Origin: an uncultured Tessaracoccus sp. | GTDB lineage: Bacteria; Actinomycetota; Actinomycetes; Propionibacteriales; Propionibacteriaceae | DNA: 64,000 nucleotides | Reading direction: 5' to 3' | Assembly: GCF_947255005.1 (NCBI RefSeq) | Contig: NZ_CAMYFI010000001.1 | Location: 27,591-91,590, forward strand | Shown: one piece after another, positions 30,284 to 40,014 of the stretch | Layout of the letters: each line of letters begins with the position of its first letter | Numbering within the stretch: the stretch's first letter is position 1 | Notes under the pieces: generated by a model | Told to the model about the DNA's origin: nothing | Database searches by the model: none | What the model saw: the letters and a program-made list of their open reading frames with translations, nothing else | Made by a program: the position numbers and the translations under genes

Positions 30284-31110
30284 ACGCCGTGCTCGAAGCC
30301 AAGAACCTGGAAGCCGAAGGCCCTCGTGGGCGCATTTTCGGCCCACTCGACCTCACCCTCGACGCTCGCCAGATCTGTGTGGTGCACGGTGAGCAGGGCA
30401 GCGGCAAATCGTCGCTGCTACTCGCGTTGGCGGCCAGGCTGCGCGCCGCCACCGGCAGCCTCACCATCGACGGGATCGACGCCATCGCCAACCCCCGTCG
30501 TGCTATGGCCCTCACCGGCGTCGCACGGCTGGGCGACTACGTCGCGCCAGAAGACCGCCTGACGCTGCGCGAGTCCCTGTTTGAGCGCTGCTTTCTCGAA
30601 GGCATTTCCGTCCACGACGGGGTCGCCCGCGCAGATCAGTTGGAGCGGCTCGTCGGGTTCCGACTCGACCGCACCACCGAGATGGCCGACTTCACCCCGC
30701 TCGAGCGCACCATCGCGTCGGTGGGGCTCGTCATGCTCCGGCCGTCGAAGGTCGTGGTGCTCGACGATGCGGACGTGCTGGTGCCGCACGAACAGCAGCC
30801 GCTGATGTTCGAGCTCATTTCGAGGATGCTGTCCCTCGACGACGCGGTGCTGATCGCCGCCACCCTCGACCGAGGCACAGCGCCCGCGGGCGCCGTCGAG
30901 GTGACACTGCCGTCGCAGAAGAAGAAATCGTCGAGGCCTATCGACGAGGGGCTCGCCATCGTCGGTTTGTCGAAGGCCGAGCCCTTCGAGATTGATCCCG
31001 ACGTGGTGGTGGCAAGCATTCGCAACGCGGGCCCCATCGAAGATTCGGTGCCCGATGACAATGACACGCCAACCGAAGACGACGGCGATGACGAGGAGGC
31101 TGAGGTATGA
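30280..31110 (+). CDS. ABC-type ATPase-like protein with degenerate catalytic motifs and an acidic C-terminal tail
   Basis: Walker A GEQGSGKSS. Walker B VVVLDDAD with Asp in place of the catalytic Glu. No canonical LSGGQ signature. C-terminal tail DDNDTPTEDDGDDEEAEV. ATGA overlap with both neighbours. Confidence 0.65.
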   Translation: MNAVLEAKNLEAEGPRGRIFGPLDLTLDARQICVVHGEQGSGKSSLLLALAARLRAATGSLTIDGIDAIANPRRAMALTGVARLGDYVAPEDRLTLRESLFERCFLEGISVHDGVARADQLERLVGFRLDRTTEMADFTPLERTIASVGLVMLRPSKVVVLDDADVLVPHEQQPLMFELISRMLSLDDAVLIAATLDRGTAPAGAVEVTLPSQKKKSSRPIDEGLAIVGLSKAEPFEIDPDVVVASIRNAGPIEDSVPDDNDTPTEDDGDDEEAEV

Positions 31111-33287
31111 GGTCGATCACCCACTTCGTGCGCTATGAATTCCGACGCTTCAAGGGCGTTCCCCGCCTCGCGCTCATCTTCGTGCTGCTGCTGCCGCTGC
31201 TCTATGGCGTCATCTATCTGGGTGCCAACTGGAACCTCTACGACAACATCGACGAGATCAAGGTTGCCGTAGTCAACAACGACAAACCCACGAAATTCGA
31301 GGGCATGGAAATCGACGGCGGCGGCCAATTCGTCGAGGCGCTGCGCGACCGTCCTGTATTCGACTGGCAGTTCTTAGACTCCGAGGAGGAGGCGCGAGAA
31401 GGGCTGCGCGAAGGCGAGTACTACATGGTCATCACGGTGCCCGAGGATTTCTCGTCGAACCTCGTGAGCGCCGGCAACTACGATCCGAAACGTGCCGTGA
31501 TCACCATGCATCGCGACGACGCCAACGGGTTCATCATCGGCTCGCTCACAGGTAAAGCCGAGGACACGCTCGCGAAGACCCTCGACTCCACCGTCTCCGA
31601 CGCCTATTTCCGGGCACTGTTCGGTTCGCTGGAGGAGATCCGGCAGGGAATGCTGGACGCCGCAGACGGGGCAGGGCAGCTCGACGACGGGCTCAGCCAG
31701 GTGAAGGATGGCGTCGCCCAGATGCACGAGAAACTCCTCGAAGCCTCCAGCAAAACCGACGGCCTTGTCGACACCGCCAATGCCATAGAGCAGGGGCTCG
31801 ACGGTGTGAGCGCGTCGGTGGACGAGATGGCCAAGGGAGCCGCGCAGATGCGCTCGGGGGCGAGCACCGTCGCGGATGCGGGGGTGGCGGTGTCCGGGAG
31901 CCTCCAGGCCGCTGCTGCGCAGGTCGACCCGCTCATCAACCACGCGCTCGGGCAATTGCCGAAGGTGCGGGATCAGGCGGGCCAGCTGGTCAACGTGCAG
32001 GGCGAGATCAACAGCGACGGCGGCGGGCTCGTCGTCGACCTGAACCGTCACGTCGACCGGGCGCGCACGCACTCCAGCAGCCTCGGCGCGAAATACCCCG
32101 AACTCGCCAAGGACAAGGATTTCATCGCGCTCACGCGCGAGCTCGATGGGGCGCGGAACTCGCACGTGACGCTCACATCGAAGCTCGACCAGGCTGCCAC
32201 GCTCACGGCAGGTATCAACCTCCAGCTCGACACAAGCGGCCTGGAGAATGCGGCCCGCAACGCAAAAACGTCGCTCGACAACGCGCGGAAGCAGGCGGGC
32301 AGTGTCGATGATGGGGTCGCGGCCATGCGGGCCGGTGCGGGCACCGTCGATAAGGGCCTCCAAGACGGCCGCGACGCCCTGCGCAGCGTCGGTGCACAGG
32401 CGCGTTCGATCACTGACTCGATCCCCGAAGTCGTCGACGGCGTGGTGCGACTCACTGACGGTGTGGGTCAGCTCAACACCGCGGTCCCGCAGCTCTCCGA
32501 TGGCGCTCACAAGCTTCGTACCGGGCTTGATGACGGCGCCCGGCGCCTGCCGCAACTGAGCGATTCCGAGCAAGAGAACCTGGCCGTCGTGATGAGCTCC
32601 CCAGTGGATCTGAAACAAATCGTCGATCACGACGCCGAGAACTACGGACGCGGCCTGGCGCCTCTGTTCGCCTCGATCGGTCTGTGGATTTTGTGCATCT
32701 CCGGATTCCTCGTCGTGCGCACGATCTCCGGCCGCGCGCTCACCGGGCGAGGCAACCCGCTGCGCATCGCGGCAACTGGGCTCGGGCCGATCGCAGCCAT
32801 CGGCCTCGCGGCTTCCTGGCTCATGGGATTCGGCTTGTGGTTCTTCCTCGGCCTGAACCCCGTGCACCCGCTGCTGTTCTTCCTGCTGTTGACGGTCTCG
32901 TCGTTGTCATTCCTGTCGCTGGCATACATGTTCCGGGTGATCTTGGGGTCACCCCAGACCGCGCTGTTCCTGGTGTGGCTCATCATCCAGATTCCGTCCA
33001 GCGGCGGCACCTTCCCGGTGCAGATGTTGCCGCCGCTGTTCCAATACCTGGCTCCCATCTCGCCCATGTGGTACAGCGTGACGGCCTTTAGAGTGACGAT
33101 CTCCGGGGGGTCGATGGCCACGTATTGGACGTGCGTCGGAGTGTTGGCCGGGGTGCTGGCGCTGGCGGTGACCGCGTCGGTGCTGCTCATCCGGCGCAGG
33201 CAGCGATTCCGCATGCGCGACCTGCACCCGCCGATGATCACGTCGGAAACGACCGCGGACTACGCCTTCTCGATCCGCCCGCGCTGA
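31107..33287 (+). CDS. YhgE/Pip-domain membrane protein (ABC-2-type permease with large extracellular coiled-coil domain)
   Basis: N-terminal YhgE/Pip signature RYEFRRFKG...IYLGANWNLYDNIDEIKVAVVNND. C-terminal 6-TM ABC-2 domain. Confidence 0.8.
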   Translation: MRSITHFVRYEFRRFKGVPRLALIFVLLLPLLYGVIYLGANWNLYDNIDEIKVAVVNNDKPTKFEGMEIDGGGQFVEALRDRPVFDWQFLDSEEEAREGLREGEYYMVITVPEDFSSNLVSAGNYDPKRAVITMHRDDANGFIIGSLTGKAEDTLAKTLDSTVSDAYFRALFGSLEEIRQGMLDAADGAGQLDDGLSQVKDGVAQMHEKLLEASSKTDGLVDTANAIEQGLDGVSASVDEMAKGAAQMRSGASTVADAGVAVSGSLQAAAAQVDPLINHALGQLPKVRDQAGQLVNVQGEINSDGGGLVVDLNRHVDRARTHSSSLGAKYPELAKDKDFIALTRELDGARNSHVTLTSKLDQAATLTAGINLQLDTSGLENAARNAKTSLDNARKQAGSVDDGVAAMRAGAGTVDKGLQDGRDALRSVGAQARSITDSIPEVVDGVVRLTDGVGQLNTAVPQLSDGAHKLRTGLDDGARRLPQLSDSEQENLAVVMSSPVDLKQIVDHDAENYGRGLAPLFASIGLWILCISGFLVVRTISGRALTGRGNPLRIAATGLGPIAAIGLAASWLMGFGLWFFLGLNPVHPLLFFLLLTVSSLSFLSLAYMFRVILGSPQTALFLVWLIIQIPSSGGTFPVQMLPPLFQYLAPISPMWYSVTAFRVTISGGSMATYWTCVGVLAGVLALAVTASVLLIRRRQRFRMRDLHPPMITSETTADYAFSIRPR

Positions 33288-33302
33288 TCGTCGCCAGAGC
33301 AG

Positions 33303-33420
33303 TTGACCGTTATCCTCCACGCCTGCAGAAAATCCCCGAAATGAGGGGGCCAGAAGCTTCTCGCGGAGGATAACGGTCAACTTTTCGGCCTTCCCCCGAA
33401 ATTTCCCCTGTGGAAAACGG
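33303..33420. repeat. Palindromic repeat element, copy B (arms TTGACCGTTATCCTCCAC / GCGGAGGATAACGGTCAA, spacer with CCCCGAAATGAGGGGG hairpin, then CTTTTC) plus an adjacent partial copy (CCCCCGAAATTTCCCC...GTGGAGG)
   Basis: Same family as 18546-18630 and 34285-34362. Lies immediately after the YhgE/Pip stop. Confidence 0.6.
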
Positions 33421-33453
33421 GCGTGGAGGGGTGCTGGTTACCAATCCTGTTGC

Positions 33454-34287
33454 ATGGACTTTTTCGCAAACCAGCCCATCATCGCTGTCAGAGACCACCC
33501 GCACCTCGCCAACGCCCTGCGCTCCATGCGGCGCCGCGGCAAAGCGTGGTCGCCGCTACCTGGCGTCTACGCCCACCCCAACGTGCCCGACACGTGGGAG
33601 ACCCGCGTGCTCGCCGCGATGGCATGGGCGCCCGACCACGCTCTCGTCGGTGCCTCCGCCGCTCGCGTGACGTGGTGGGACGACCTGCCCATCGACGACA
33701 TCGAGCTGTGGGGCGCGCGTAAAGAATCTCCGGTGCCGTGGCTCACGGTGCGGCGCGCGTCGCTCGACCCCGACGTCATGATCTGGCACGACGACTACAA
33801 GGTCGCGGCCCCTGCGCTGTCGGCGGTGCAGCTGGTGAAGAGCATGGGTGGCAACGCCGTCGACGAGGCACTGCGGCGCGGCGTGGCCACCGTCGCTGAC
33901 ATGCACCTGGCACTGAGCCATGTGCCGGGGCACGCGGGAAATCGCCTTGCCAGGCGCATCTTGTGGGAATCCAGGGACGTGCCGTGGTCGGAGTTCGAGC
34001 GGCTCGCCCACACGATGCTGCGACGTGCCCGCATCACGGGTTGGAAAGCGAACGCTACCGTGCAGGTGGGCGGCATGGTCTTTCCCGCCGACCTGCTGTT
34101 CGGCGGCAGCAAGCTCGTCGCGGAGCTCGACGGCTATGAATTCCACAAAGAGCGCGCAACATTCGTGCGCGATCGAGTGAAGCAGAACCTGCTCACCCTG
34201 GCCGGATGGCAGGTGCTGCGGTTCACGTGGGAGACGATCGACGACCTCGTGCCGCAAATCCGCCAGGCGCTCAGTCAGAAGAGATGA
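33454..34287 (+). CDS. DUF559 (Vsr-like PD-(D/E)xK endonuclease-fold) domain protein with an AbiEi-like N-terminus
   Basis: C-terminal motif ELDGYEFHKERATFVRDRVKQNLLTLAGWQVLRFTWE, typical of DUF559. Flanked on both sides by the palindromic element. Confidence 0.7.
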   Translation: MDFFANQPIIAVRDHPHLANALRSMRRRGKAWSPLPGVYAHPNVPDTWETRVLAAMAWAPDHALVGASAARVTWWDDLPIDDIELWGARKESPVPWLTVRRASLDPDVMIWHDDYKVAAPALSAVQLVKSMGGNAVDEALRRGVATVADMHLALSHVPGHAGNRLARRILWESRDVPWSEFERLAHTMLRRARITGWKANATVQVGGMVFPADLLFGGSKLVAELDGYEFHKERATFVRDRVKQNLLTLAGWQVLRFTWETIDDLVPQIRQALSQKR

Positions 34288-34362
34288 CCGTTATCCTCCA
34301 CGAGGAGCGGTTGGCCCCCTAATTTCGGTAGAAATCGTCAGGTGTGGAGGATAACGGTCAAC
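34285..34362. repeat. Palindromic repeat element, copy C (spacer inverted relative to copy B); overlaps the DUF559 stop codon
   Basis: Arms TGACCGTTATCCTCCAC / GTGGAGGATAACGGTCAA. The reverse complement of the spacer (CCGAAATTAGGGGGCCAA) matches the copy B spacer (CCGAAATGAGGGGGCCAG). Confidence 0.6.
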
Positions 34363-34371
34363 ATCGACGGG

Positions 34372-35988
34372 TCAGCGCAGCCAAGCCGTGGTGTTGGCCG
34401 GGATCTCGCCTTCGACGGGGTGGCTTGCGACGAGGACCTCCCGCCCAGCAGGCACGGGCACGGGGCGACCCGAGACGTTGACGATCACCTGCACACCAGC
34501 GTTGTCGAACATCAGCACGCCCTCGGGGGCTTCGAGCCATGTCAGGGTGCCTGCGCCGAGCCCTAGCTCCTTGCGCAGGCGCAGAAGCCGACGGTACAAC
34601 TCCAGCGTGGAGCCCGCGACCCCGCGCTGCTGGGCCACCGCATAGTGCGCGTAATGCTCGGGCTGGGGCAGCCACGTCTTGCCGGTGGGGGAGAAACCCA
34701 TGCCCGGCGCCTCGGCGTTCCAGGGCAGCGGGATGCGGCACCCGTCGCGGCCGAGCTCCTCGTGGTTGGACTGGAACCAGGCAGGGTCCTGGCGGTACTC
34801 GTGGGGAAGGGTCGTGTGGTCGGGCAGGCCCAGCTCCTCACCCTGGTAGAGGTAGGCCGAACCGGGCAGCGCCAGCTCGAGCATCGTCGCCGCGCGGGCG
34901 CGGCGAAGGCCGAGCTCCTCGTCGGGTTGCGGATCGCCGGGTCCGAGAAACTCCTTGTGGACGCCCGGTTCGTCCTCGCGTCCGAGCCGGGAGGTGTGCC
35001 GCATGGTGTCGTGGTTCGACAGCACCCACGTCGTGGGTGCGCCCACCTTGGCATCCGCGGCCAGCGATGTCTCGATCTGCTCGCGATAGTGCTCAGCATC
35101 CCACTCGCAGGTGAGGAACCCGAAGTTGAACGCGGTGTGCATCTCGTCGTCGCGCAGGTATAGCGCCAGCCGGTCGGGGTCATCCACCCAAGCTTCTGCG
35201 ACGAGGATGCGCTCGCCCTCGTACGAGTTGAGGATCGCCCGCCATCGCCGATACACCTCGTGCACGCCGTCTTGATCCCACATGGGGCCCTGGCCGCCTG
35301 AGATCATCCGGTAGTCGGCGTCGTCGTCGGGAAGTCCGGGGGCCTTCACCAGGGAGTGCGCCACGTCGACGCGGAACCCGTCGACGCCGAGGTCGAGCCA
35401 GAACCGCAGGATGTGATCGAAGCCCTCGCGCACGCGCTCGTTGTCCCAGTCGAGGTCGGGTTGTGTGGTGTCGAATAGGTGGAGGTACCACTGTTCGGGG
35501 TTGCCGTTGGCGTCGTGGAGGCGTGTCCAGGCGTTGCCGCCGAAGATGGAGGTCCAGTTGTTCGGCGGCTGCTCCCCATTCTCTCCGCGGCCATCTGCGA
35601 AGTGGTACATCGCCCGTTCTGGCGAACCTGGGGCGGAGGCGAGCGCCGCCTGGAACCATTCGTGGTCGGCGCTGGTGTGGTTGGGAACGAGGTCGACGAT
35701 CAGCCGCAGCCCGCGCTGGTGGCACTCGTCGATCAGCCGGCGGGCGTCGTCGAGATCACCGAACATCGGGTCGATCGTCAGGTAGTCGGCGACATCGTAG
35801 CCGGCGTCTTTCATGGGGGAGCGGTAGAACGGCGAGCACCAGATGGCGTCGACGCCGAGGTCGCGGATGTGGTCGAGTCGCGAGATGATGCCCGCGAGAT
35901 CGCCGTACCCGTCGCCGTTCGCGTCGGCGAACGAGCGGGGGTAGATCTGGTAGATGACGGCGTCGCGCCACCACGAAGTGGTTGTCAT
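34372..35988 (-). CDS. aglA: GH13 alpha-glucosidase / oligo-1,6-glucosidase
   Basis: WWRDAVIYQIYPRSFAD, GVDAIWCSPF, DLVPNHTS and GFRVDV motifs. Confidence 0.9.
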   Translation of the reverse strand: MTTTSWWRDAVIYQIYPRSFADANGDGYGDLAGIISRLDHIRDLGVDAIWCSPFYRSPMKDAGYDVADYLTIDPMFGDLDDARRLIDECHQRGLRLIVDLVPNHTSADHEWFQAALASAPGSPERAMYHFADGRGENGEQPPNNWTSIFGGNAWTRLHDANGNPEQWYLHLFDTTQPDLDWDNERVREGFDHILRFWLDLGVDGFRVDVAHSLVKAPGLPDDDADYRMISGGQGPMWDQDGVHEVYRRWRAILNSYEGERILVAEAWVDDPDRLALYLRDDEMHTAFNFGFLTCEWDAEHYREQIETSLAADAKVGAPTTWVLSNHDTMRHTSRLGREDEPGVHKEFLGPGDPQPDEELGLRRARAATMLELALPGSAYLYQGEELGLPDHTTLPHEYRQDPAWFQSNHEELGRDGCRIPLPWNAEAPGMGFSPTGKTWLPQPEHYAHYAVAQQRGVAGSTLELYRRLLRLRKELGLGAGTLTWLEAPEGVLMFDNAGVQVIVNVSGRPVPVPAGREVLVASHPVEGEIPANTTAWLR

Positions 35989-36956
35989 GGTGCTCCTGTC
36001 GTGTCTCGAATGGTCAGATCTGGTGCGAACAGCTGCTCGTCGGCGGCCACGTGTTCGCCGCGCAGCATCGTGAGGAGCGCCCCGACGGCGGCCTCGCTGA
36101 TGGTGTTCACAGGTTGGCGCACGGTGGTGAGGTTGGTGAGGTGCATGACGGGTGAATCATCGTAGCCAATGACGCTGTAATCGGCGGGAACGTGGAGGCC
36201 CTGGCGGGATGCTTCCCGGACGAGGCCGAGCGCCATCACGTCGGAGCCACAGATGATGGCCGTGTGGTCGCTGGCTAGCAGACGTCTGCCGGCGCGGCCA
36301 CCGCCGTCCGCGGTGTACTCGGTGTACTCGATGTCGACTTCCTCGAATCCGAGCGCCAAGAAGGCCTCTGCCTTGCGGGTGGTAGGCATGTAGCGGGGCT
36401 GGCCGACGGCGAGCCCGATGCGTTCATGACCAAGCCCACGTAGGTGTTCGACGGCGAGCTCGATGCCGGCGTGATCGTCGGCGCAAAAGAAGGGCGCGGC
36501 GATGTCGTCGTTCGAGCCGTTGATGTAGACGGCAGGGACGTGATCGTCGGTGAGCATGTGGTAGGGCGCCTTCGATGCGAGGGAGTCGGCCGAAGCGCCG
36601 GAGACGGAGATGATGCCTGAGATCTCGGAGGTGCGTAGCGTGTCGAGGTACTGCATCTCGCTGTATCCACCCTGGCTCACGGGGCACACGATGGCCGAGT
36701 ATCCGGCGTCGTAGAGGACGAGGCTCAGTTCTTGCGCGTACTGCGGAAAGACGGGGTTGGAGAGCTCGGGTACAAGAATGGCGACGACGCGAGAGGCAAC
36801 CTTGGTGGGGGCTTCATAGCCCGCAGCTTCGAGTGCGCGCAGCACCACGTCACGGGTGGTGTCTTTCACACCGGGTTTTTGGTTCATGACGCGCGAGACT
36901 GTCGCTGTGGATACTCCAGCGGCCGCAGCGATGTCGGCCAGGGTCGTCGTGATCAT
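35985..36956 (-). CDS. LacI-family transcriptional regulator
   Basis: N-terminal HTH LADIAAAAGVSTATVSRVMN. Confidence 0.85.
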   Translation of the reverse strand: MITTTLADIAAAAGVSTATVSRVMNQKPGVKDTTRDVVLRALEAAGYEAPTKVASRVVAILVPELSNPVFPQYAQELSLVLYDAGYSAIVCPVSQGGYSEMQYLDTLRTSEISGIISVSGASADSLASKAPYHMLTDDHVPAVYINGSNDDIAAPFFCADDHAGIELAVEHLRGLGHERIGLAVGQPRYMPTTRKAEAFLALGFEEVDIEYTEYTADGGGRAGRRLLASDHTAIICGSDVMALGLVREASRQGLHVPADYSVIGYDDSPVMHLTNLTTVRQPVNTISEAAVGALLTMLRGEHVAADEQLFAPDLTIRDTTGAP

Positions 36957-37148
36957 CGTTGTACCTCCGGGACCATTGATTCAGGTCACGTTACTGCCCT
37001 CAAGATACCTTTGCAACAGGATGTAAAGGTTTCGTAACATTTCCAAAAGGGCTTGCAATTGGCTCGCGGCAGTGCTTGAATGTCCTCCAACTGAGGATTG
37101 CAGCGAGTGCAGTTCTCGGAAATGTCGGAATCAAAGGAGATTGATCTC

Positions 37149-38372
37149 ATGCACAAGCGCTTGATCACTATCGCCGCAGCCGCCGCTCTCGCCTTGACGG
37201 CATGTGGGGGCTCGGGTGGTGGCGAAGCCAAACCCTCGGAAAACGCGAAGAGCGAACAGCCCAAGCAGGCCGGTTCCCTCACGATCTGGGCAGACGAAAC
37301 GCGCATCGACGCCTTCAAGGAGCTGGGTGCCCAGTTCAAGGAAAGCTCCGGCGTGACACTCGACGTCGTTCAGAAGCCGACGGGTGATATCGCCAACGAC
37401 TTCATTGCTCAGGCGGGCTCGGGTCAGGGCCCAGACCTCATCGTTACCGCCCACGATGGGCTCGGCAACCTCGTGCAAAACGGCGTGATCTCGCCCATCG
37501 AATTCGCATCGAAGGCAGCCGCGTTCAACCCGGTCGCTGTGCAGGCCGTCACCCAGGACGGCAAGGTGTGGGGCATGCCCTACGCGCTCGAGAACATCGC
37601 GCTGGTGCGCAACAACAAGCTGGCGAAGGACACCCCAGACACGCTCGACAAGCTCATCGAGCAGGGCAAGAGCAACGGCTCGAAGTACCCGCTGCTGGTG
37701 CAGCAGGGCGAGCAGGGTGACCCGTACCACATGTACCCCATCCAGACCTCGTTTGGTGCCCCTGTGTTCCAGATGAAGGACAACGAATACACCACTGAGT
37801 TGGGCATGGCCGGCCCTGAAGGTGAGGCCTTCGCCGAATACATCCAGATACTTGGCAAGGAAGGCATCCTGTCCGGCGACATCGGCGGCGAGCAGGCCAA
37901 GCAGCTCTTCCTCGATGGCAAGAGCCCGTACATGATCACCGGTCCGTGGAACACCGCGGAGTTCACGAAGGCTGGCATGGACATCTCCGTGCTCCCCGTG
38001 CCGTCGGCCGGAGGCAAGCCGTCGGCTCCGTTCGTCGGTGTGCAGGTGGTCTACGTCTCTGCGAAGAGCAAGAATGCCCTCGTCGCGAACCAATTCATCG
38101 ATTTCCTCGGTTCCAAGCAGGCCCAGGACAAGCTCTACGAGCTCGGCGGACGTGTGCCCGCACTCAAGGAATCCGCGGACGCTATCGACGATGAACTGAT
38201 GTCTGGCTTCAACGACGCCGCCAAGGATGGCCAGCCCATGCCGACCATCCCTGAGATGAACGCCGTGTGGGAGTTCTGGGGCAACACCCAGATTCAGATC
38301 ATCGATCAGAAGTCGCCCGACGCTAAGGCCGCGTGGCAGACGATGGTCAAGAACATCCAGTCGAAGTTCTGA
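37149..38372 (+). CDS. malE: Maltose/maltodextrin-type ABC transporter substrate-binding lipoprotein
   Basis: Lipoprotein signal MHKRLITIAAAAALALTACGG. SBP family 1. Lies upstream of two permeases. Confidence 0.85.
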   Translation: MHKRLITIAAAAALALTACGGSGGGEAKPSENAKSEQPKQAGSLTIWADETRIDAFKELGAQFKESSGVTLDVVQKPTGDIANDFIAQAGSGQGPDLIVTAHDGLGNLVQNGVISPIEFASKAAAFNPVAVQAVTQDGKVWGMPYALENIALVRNNKLAKDTPDTLDKLIEQGKSNGSKYPLLVQQGEQGDPYHMYPIQTSFGAPVFQMKDNEYTTELGMAGPEGEAFAEYIQILGKEGILSGDIGGEQAKQLFLDGKSPYMITGPWNTAEFTKAGMDISVLPVPSAGGKPSAPFVGVQVVYVSAKSKNALVANQFIDFLGSKQAQDKLYELGGRVPALKESADAIDDELMSGFNDAAKDGQPMPTIPEMNAVWEFWGNTQIQIIDQKSPDAKAAWQTMVKNIQSKF

Positions 38373-38448
38373 TTTATCCTCGCTATCGGATAGGGGCGGG
38401 CTACGGTAATGCCAAGCCCGCCCCTACTGAGTATCGAAGGGCAGCAAG

Positions 38449-40014
38449 TTGAGCACAGCAACGAAGGTGGAGCGCCCACCACTCTCACACGCTCGGGATC
38501 TCTCGCGCCCGGGCTTCTACGTCAAGCTCCTACTCATGGGGCTCGTCAACGCATTCGGCATCTACGGGATTCTCGCCTGTTACGGTCAGCAGCGCTGGGG
38601 CATCCTCGTGTTCCTCGTCGCCTCGTTGGCGATTGCCGATGTCATCTACTTCTCCAAGCGTGCCATTCCCGCAAAGTATCTGTTCCCCGGCCTGATCTTT
38701 TTGATCATCTACCAGGTCTACGTCATGGGAATGACGGGCTACGTCGCGTTCACGAACTATGGCGACGGGCACTCCGACACCAAGCAGCACGCAGTCGGGC
38801 AAATCCTCGCCACCTCCGAGGCTGAGGGCGACGTGCAGCTGCCCCTCACGGTCATGGAGCGCGATGGCGAGCTTGGGTTTGCCGTCGTGCGTGACGGCAA
38901 GGCCATGTTCGGCACCGCAGAGCAGGCGCTGGAACCGCTCGAGGGAGCCACCGTCGAAGGCGACAGGGTGACGGGAGCTGACGGCGCCAGCGTGCTGTCG
39001 ACGCAGGACATCATCACCCGTCAAGACGAGGTGCTGAACCTGCGCGTTGCCTTGAGTGACGACCCTAATGAGGGCTCGCTGCGCACCCGCAACGGTTCGA
39101 CGGCCACGCAGGCCACGCCGTCACTGCGCTACGACGAAGCCAAGGACACCTTCACCAACACGGCAGGCACCGTGTTCAAGGCCGACGAATCCAAGGGCAA
39201 CTACATCTCTGACCAGGGTGAGAAACTCGAGCCAGGGTGGCGGGTGAACGTCGGGTTGAAGAACTTCACGTTCCTATTCACCAACCCCGAGGTGTCGAAG
39301 TTCTTCCTCGGGTCGCTCGGCTGGACGTTCGCGTTCGCGTTCCTCTCGGTGTTCACGACGTTCGCGTTGGGTCTGCTCATCGCCGTGATCTTCAACGATC
39401 CCAGGGTGAAGGGGCGGGTCATCTACCGTTCGCTGTTCATCCTGCCCTACGCCTTCCCCGGCTTCCTGGCCGCGCTGGTGTGGAAGGGCATGCTGAACAG
39501 GCAGTTCGGGTTCATCAACCAGACGTTGCTGGGCGGTGCCACCATCGATTGGTTGGGCGACGGGAACCTCGCGAAGCTGTCGATCCTCATGGTGAACCTA
39601 TGGTTGGGTTTCCCCTACATGTTCCTGATCTGCACCGGCGCGCTCCAGTCGATTCCCGGCGAGCTCACCGAGGCCGGCATCATGGACGGTGCGGGTCCGG
39701 TGAAGCGATTCTTCAACGTGACGCTGCCGATGCTGATGGTCTCCGTGGCGCCGCTGCTGATTTCGAGCTTCGCATTTAACTTCAACAACTTCTCACTGAT
39801 CTACATGCTCACCGGCGGTGGCCCCAACTATCCGGGCGCGCCGTTCAATGTCGGTGAAACGGACATCTTGATCTCGATGGTGTACGCCATCTCGTTCGAG
39901 GGTGAGAAGCAATACGGCGTGGCCAGCGCACTGTCGATCATCATCTTCGTGGTGGTGGGCATCATCGCCTGGCTTGGTTTCCGTCAGACTCGCAAGCTTG
40001 AGGAGATCATGTGA
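38449..40014 (+). CDS. malF: Maltose-type ABC transporter permease (MalF-like, long N-terminal domain)
   Basis: EAA loop EAGIMDGAGPVKRFFNVTLP. 521 aa. Confidence 0.85.
   Translation: MSTATKVERPPLSHARDLSRPGFYVKLLLMGLVNAFGIYGILACYGQQRWGILVFLVASLAIADVIYFSKRAIPAKYLFPGLIFLIIYQVYVMGMTGYVAFTNYGDGHSDTKQHAVGQILATSEAEGDVQLPLTVMERDGELGFAVVRDGKAMFGTAEQALEPLEGATVEGDRVTGADGASVLSTQDIITRQDEVLNLRVALSDDPNEGSLRTRNGSTATQATPSLRYDEAKDTFTNTAGTVFKADESKGNYISDQGEKLEPGWRVNVGLKNFTFLFTNPEVSKFFLGSLGWTFAFAFLSVFTTFALGLLIAVIFNDPRVKGRVIYRSLFILPYAFPGFLAALVWKGMLNRQFGFINQTLLGGATIDWLGDGNLAKLSILMVNLWLGFPYMFLICTGALQSIPGELTEAGIMDGAGPVKRFFNVTLPMLMVSVAPLLISSFAFNFNNFSLIYMLTGGGPNYPGAPFNVGETDILISMVYAISFEGEKQYGVASALSIIIFVVVGIIAWLGFRQTRKLEEIM

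Noticed and set aside
36957-37148. LacI operator palindrome in the lacI-malE divergent region
   Set aside because: Several AT-rich near-palindromes (for example around AAAGGTTTCGTAACATTTCC) were inspected, but none forms a clean 14-20-bp dyad, so no site is called.
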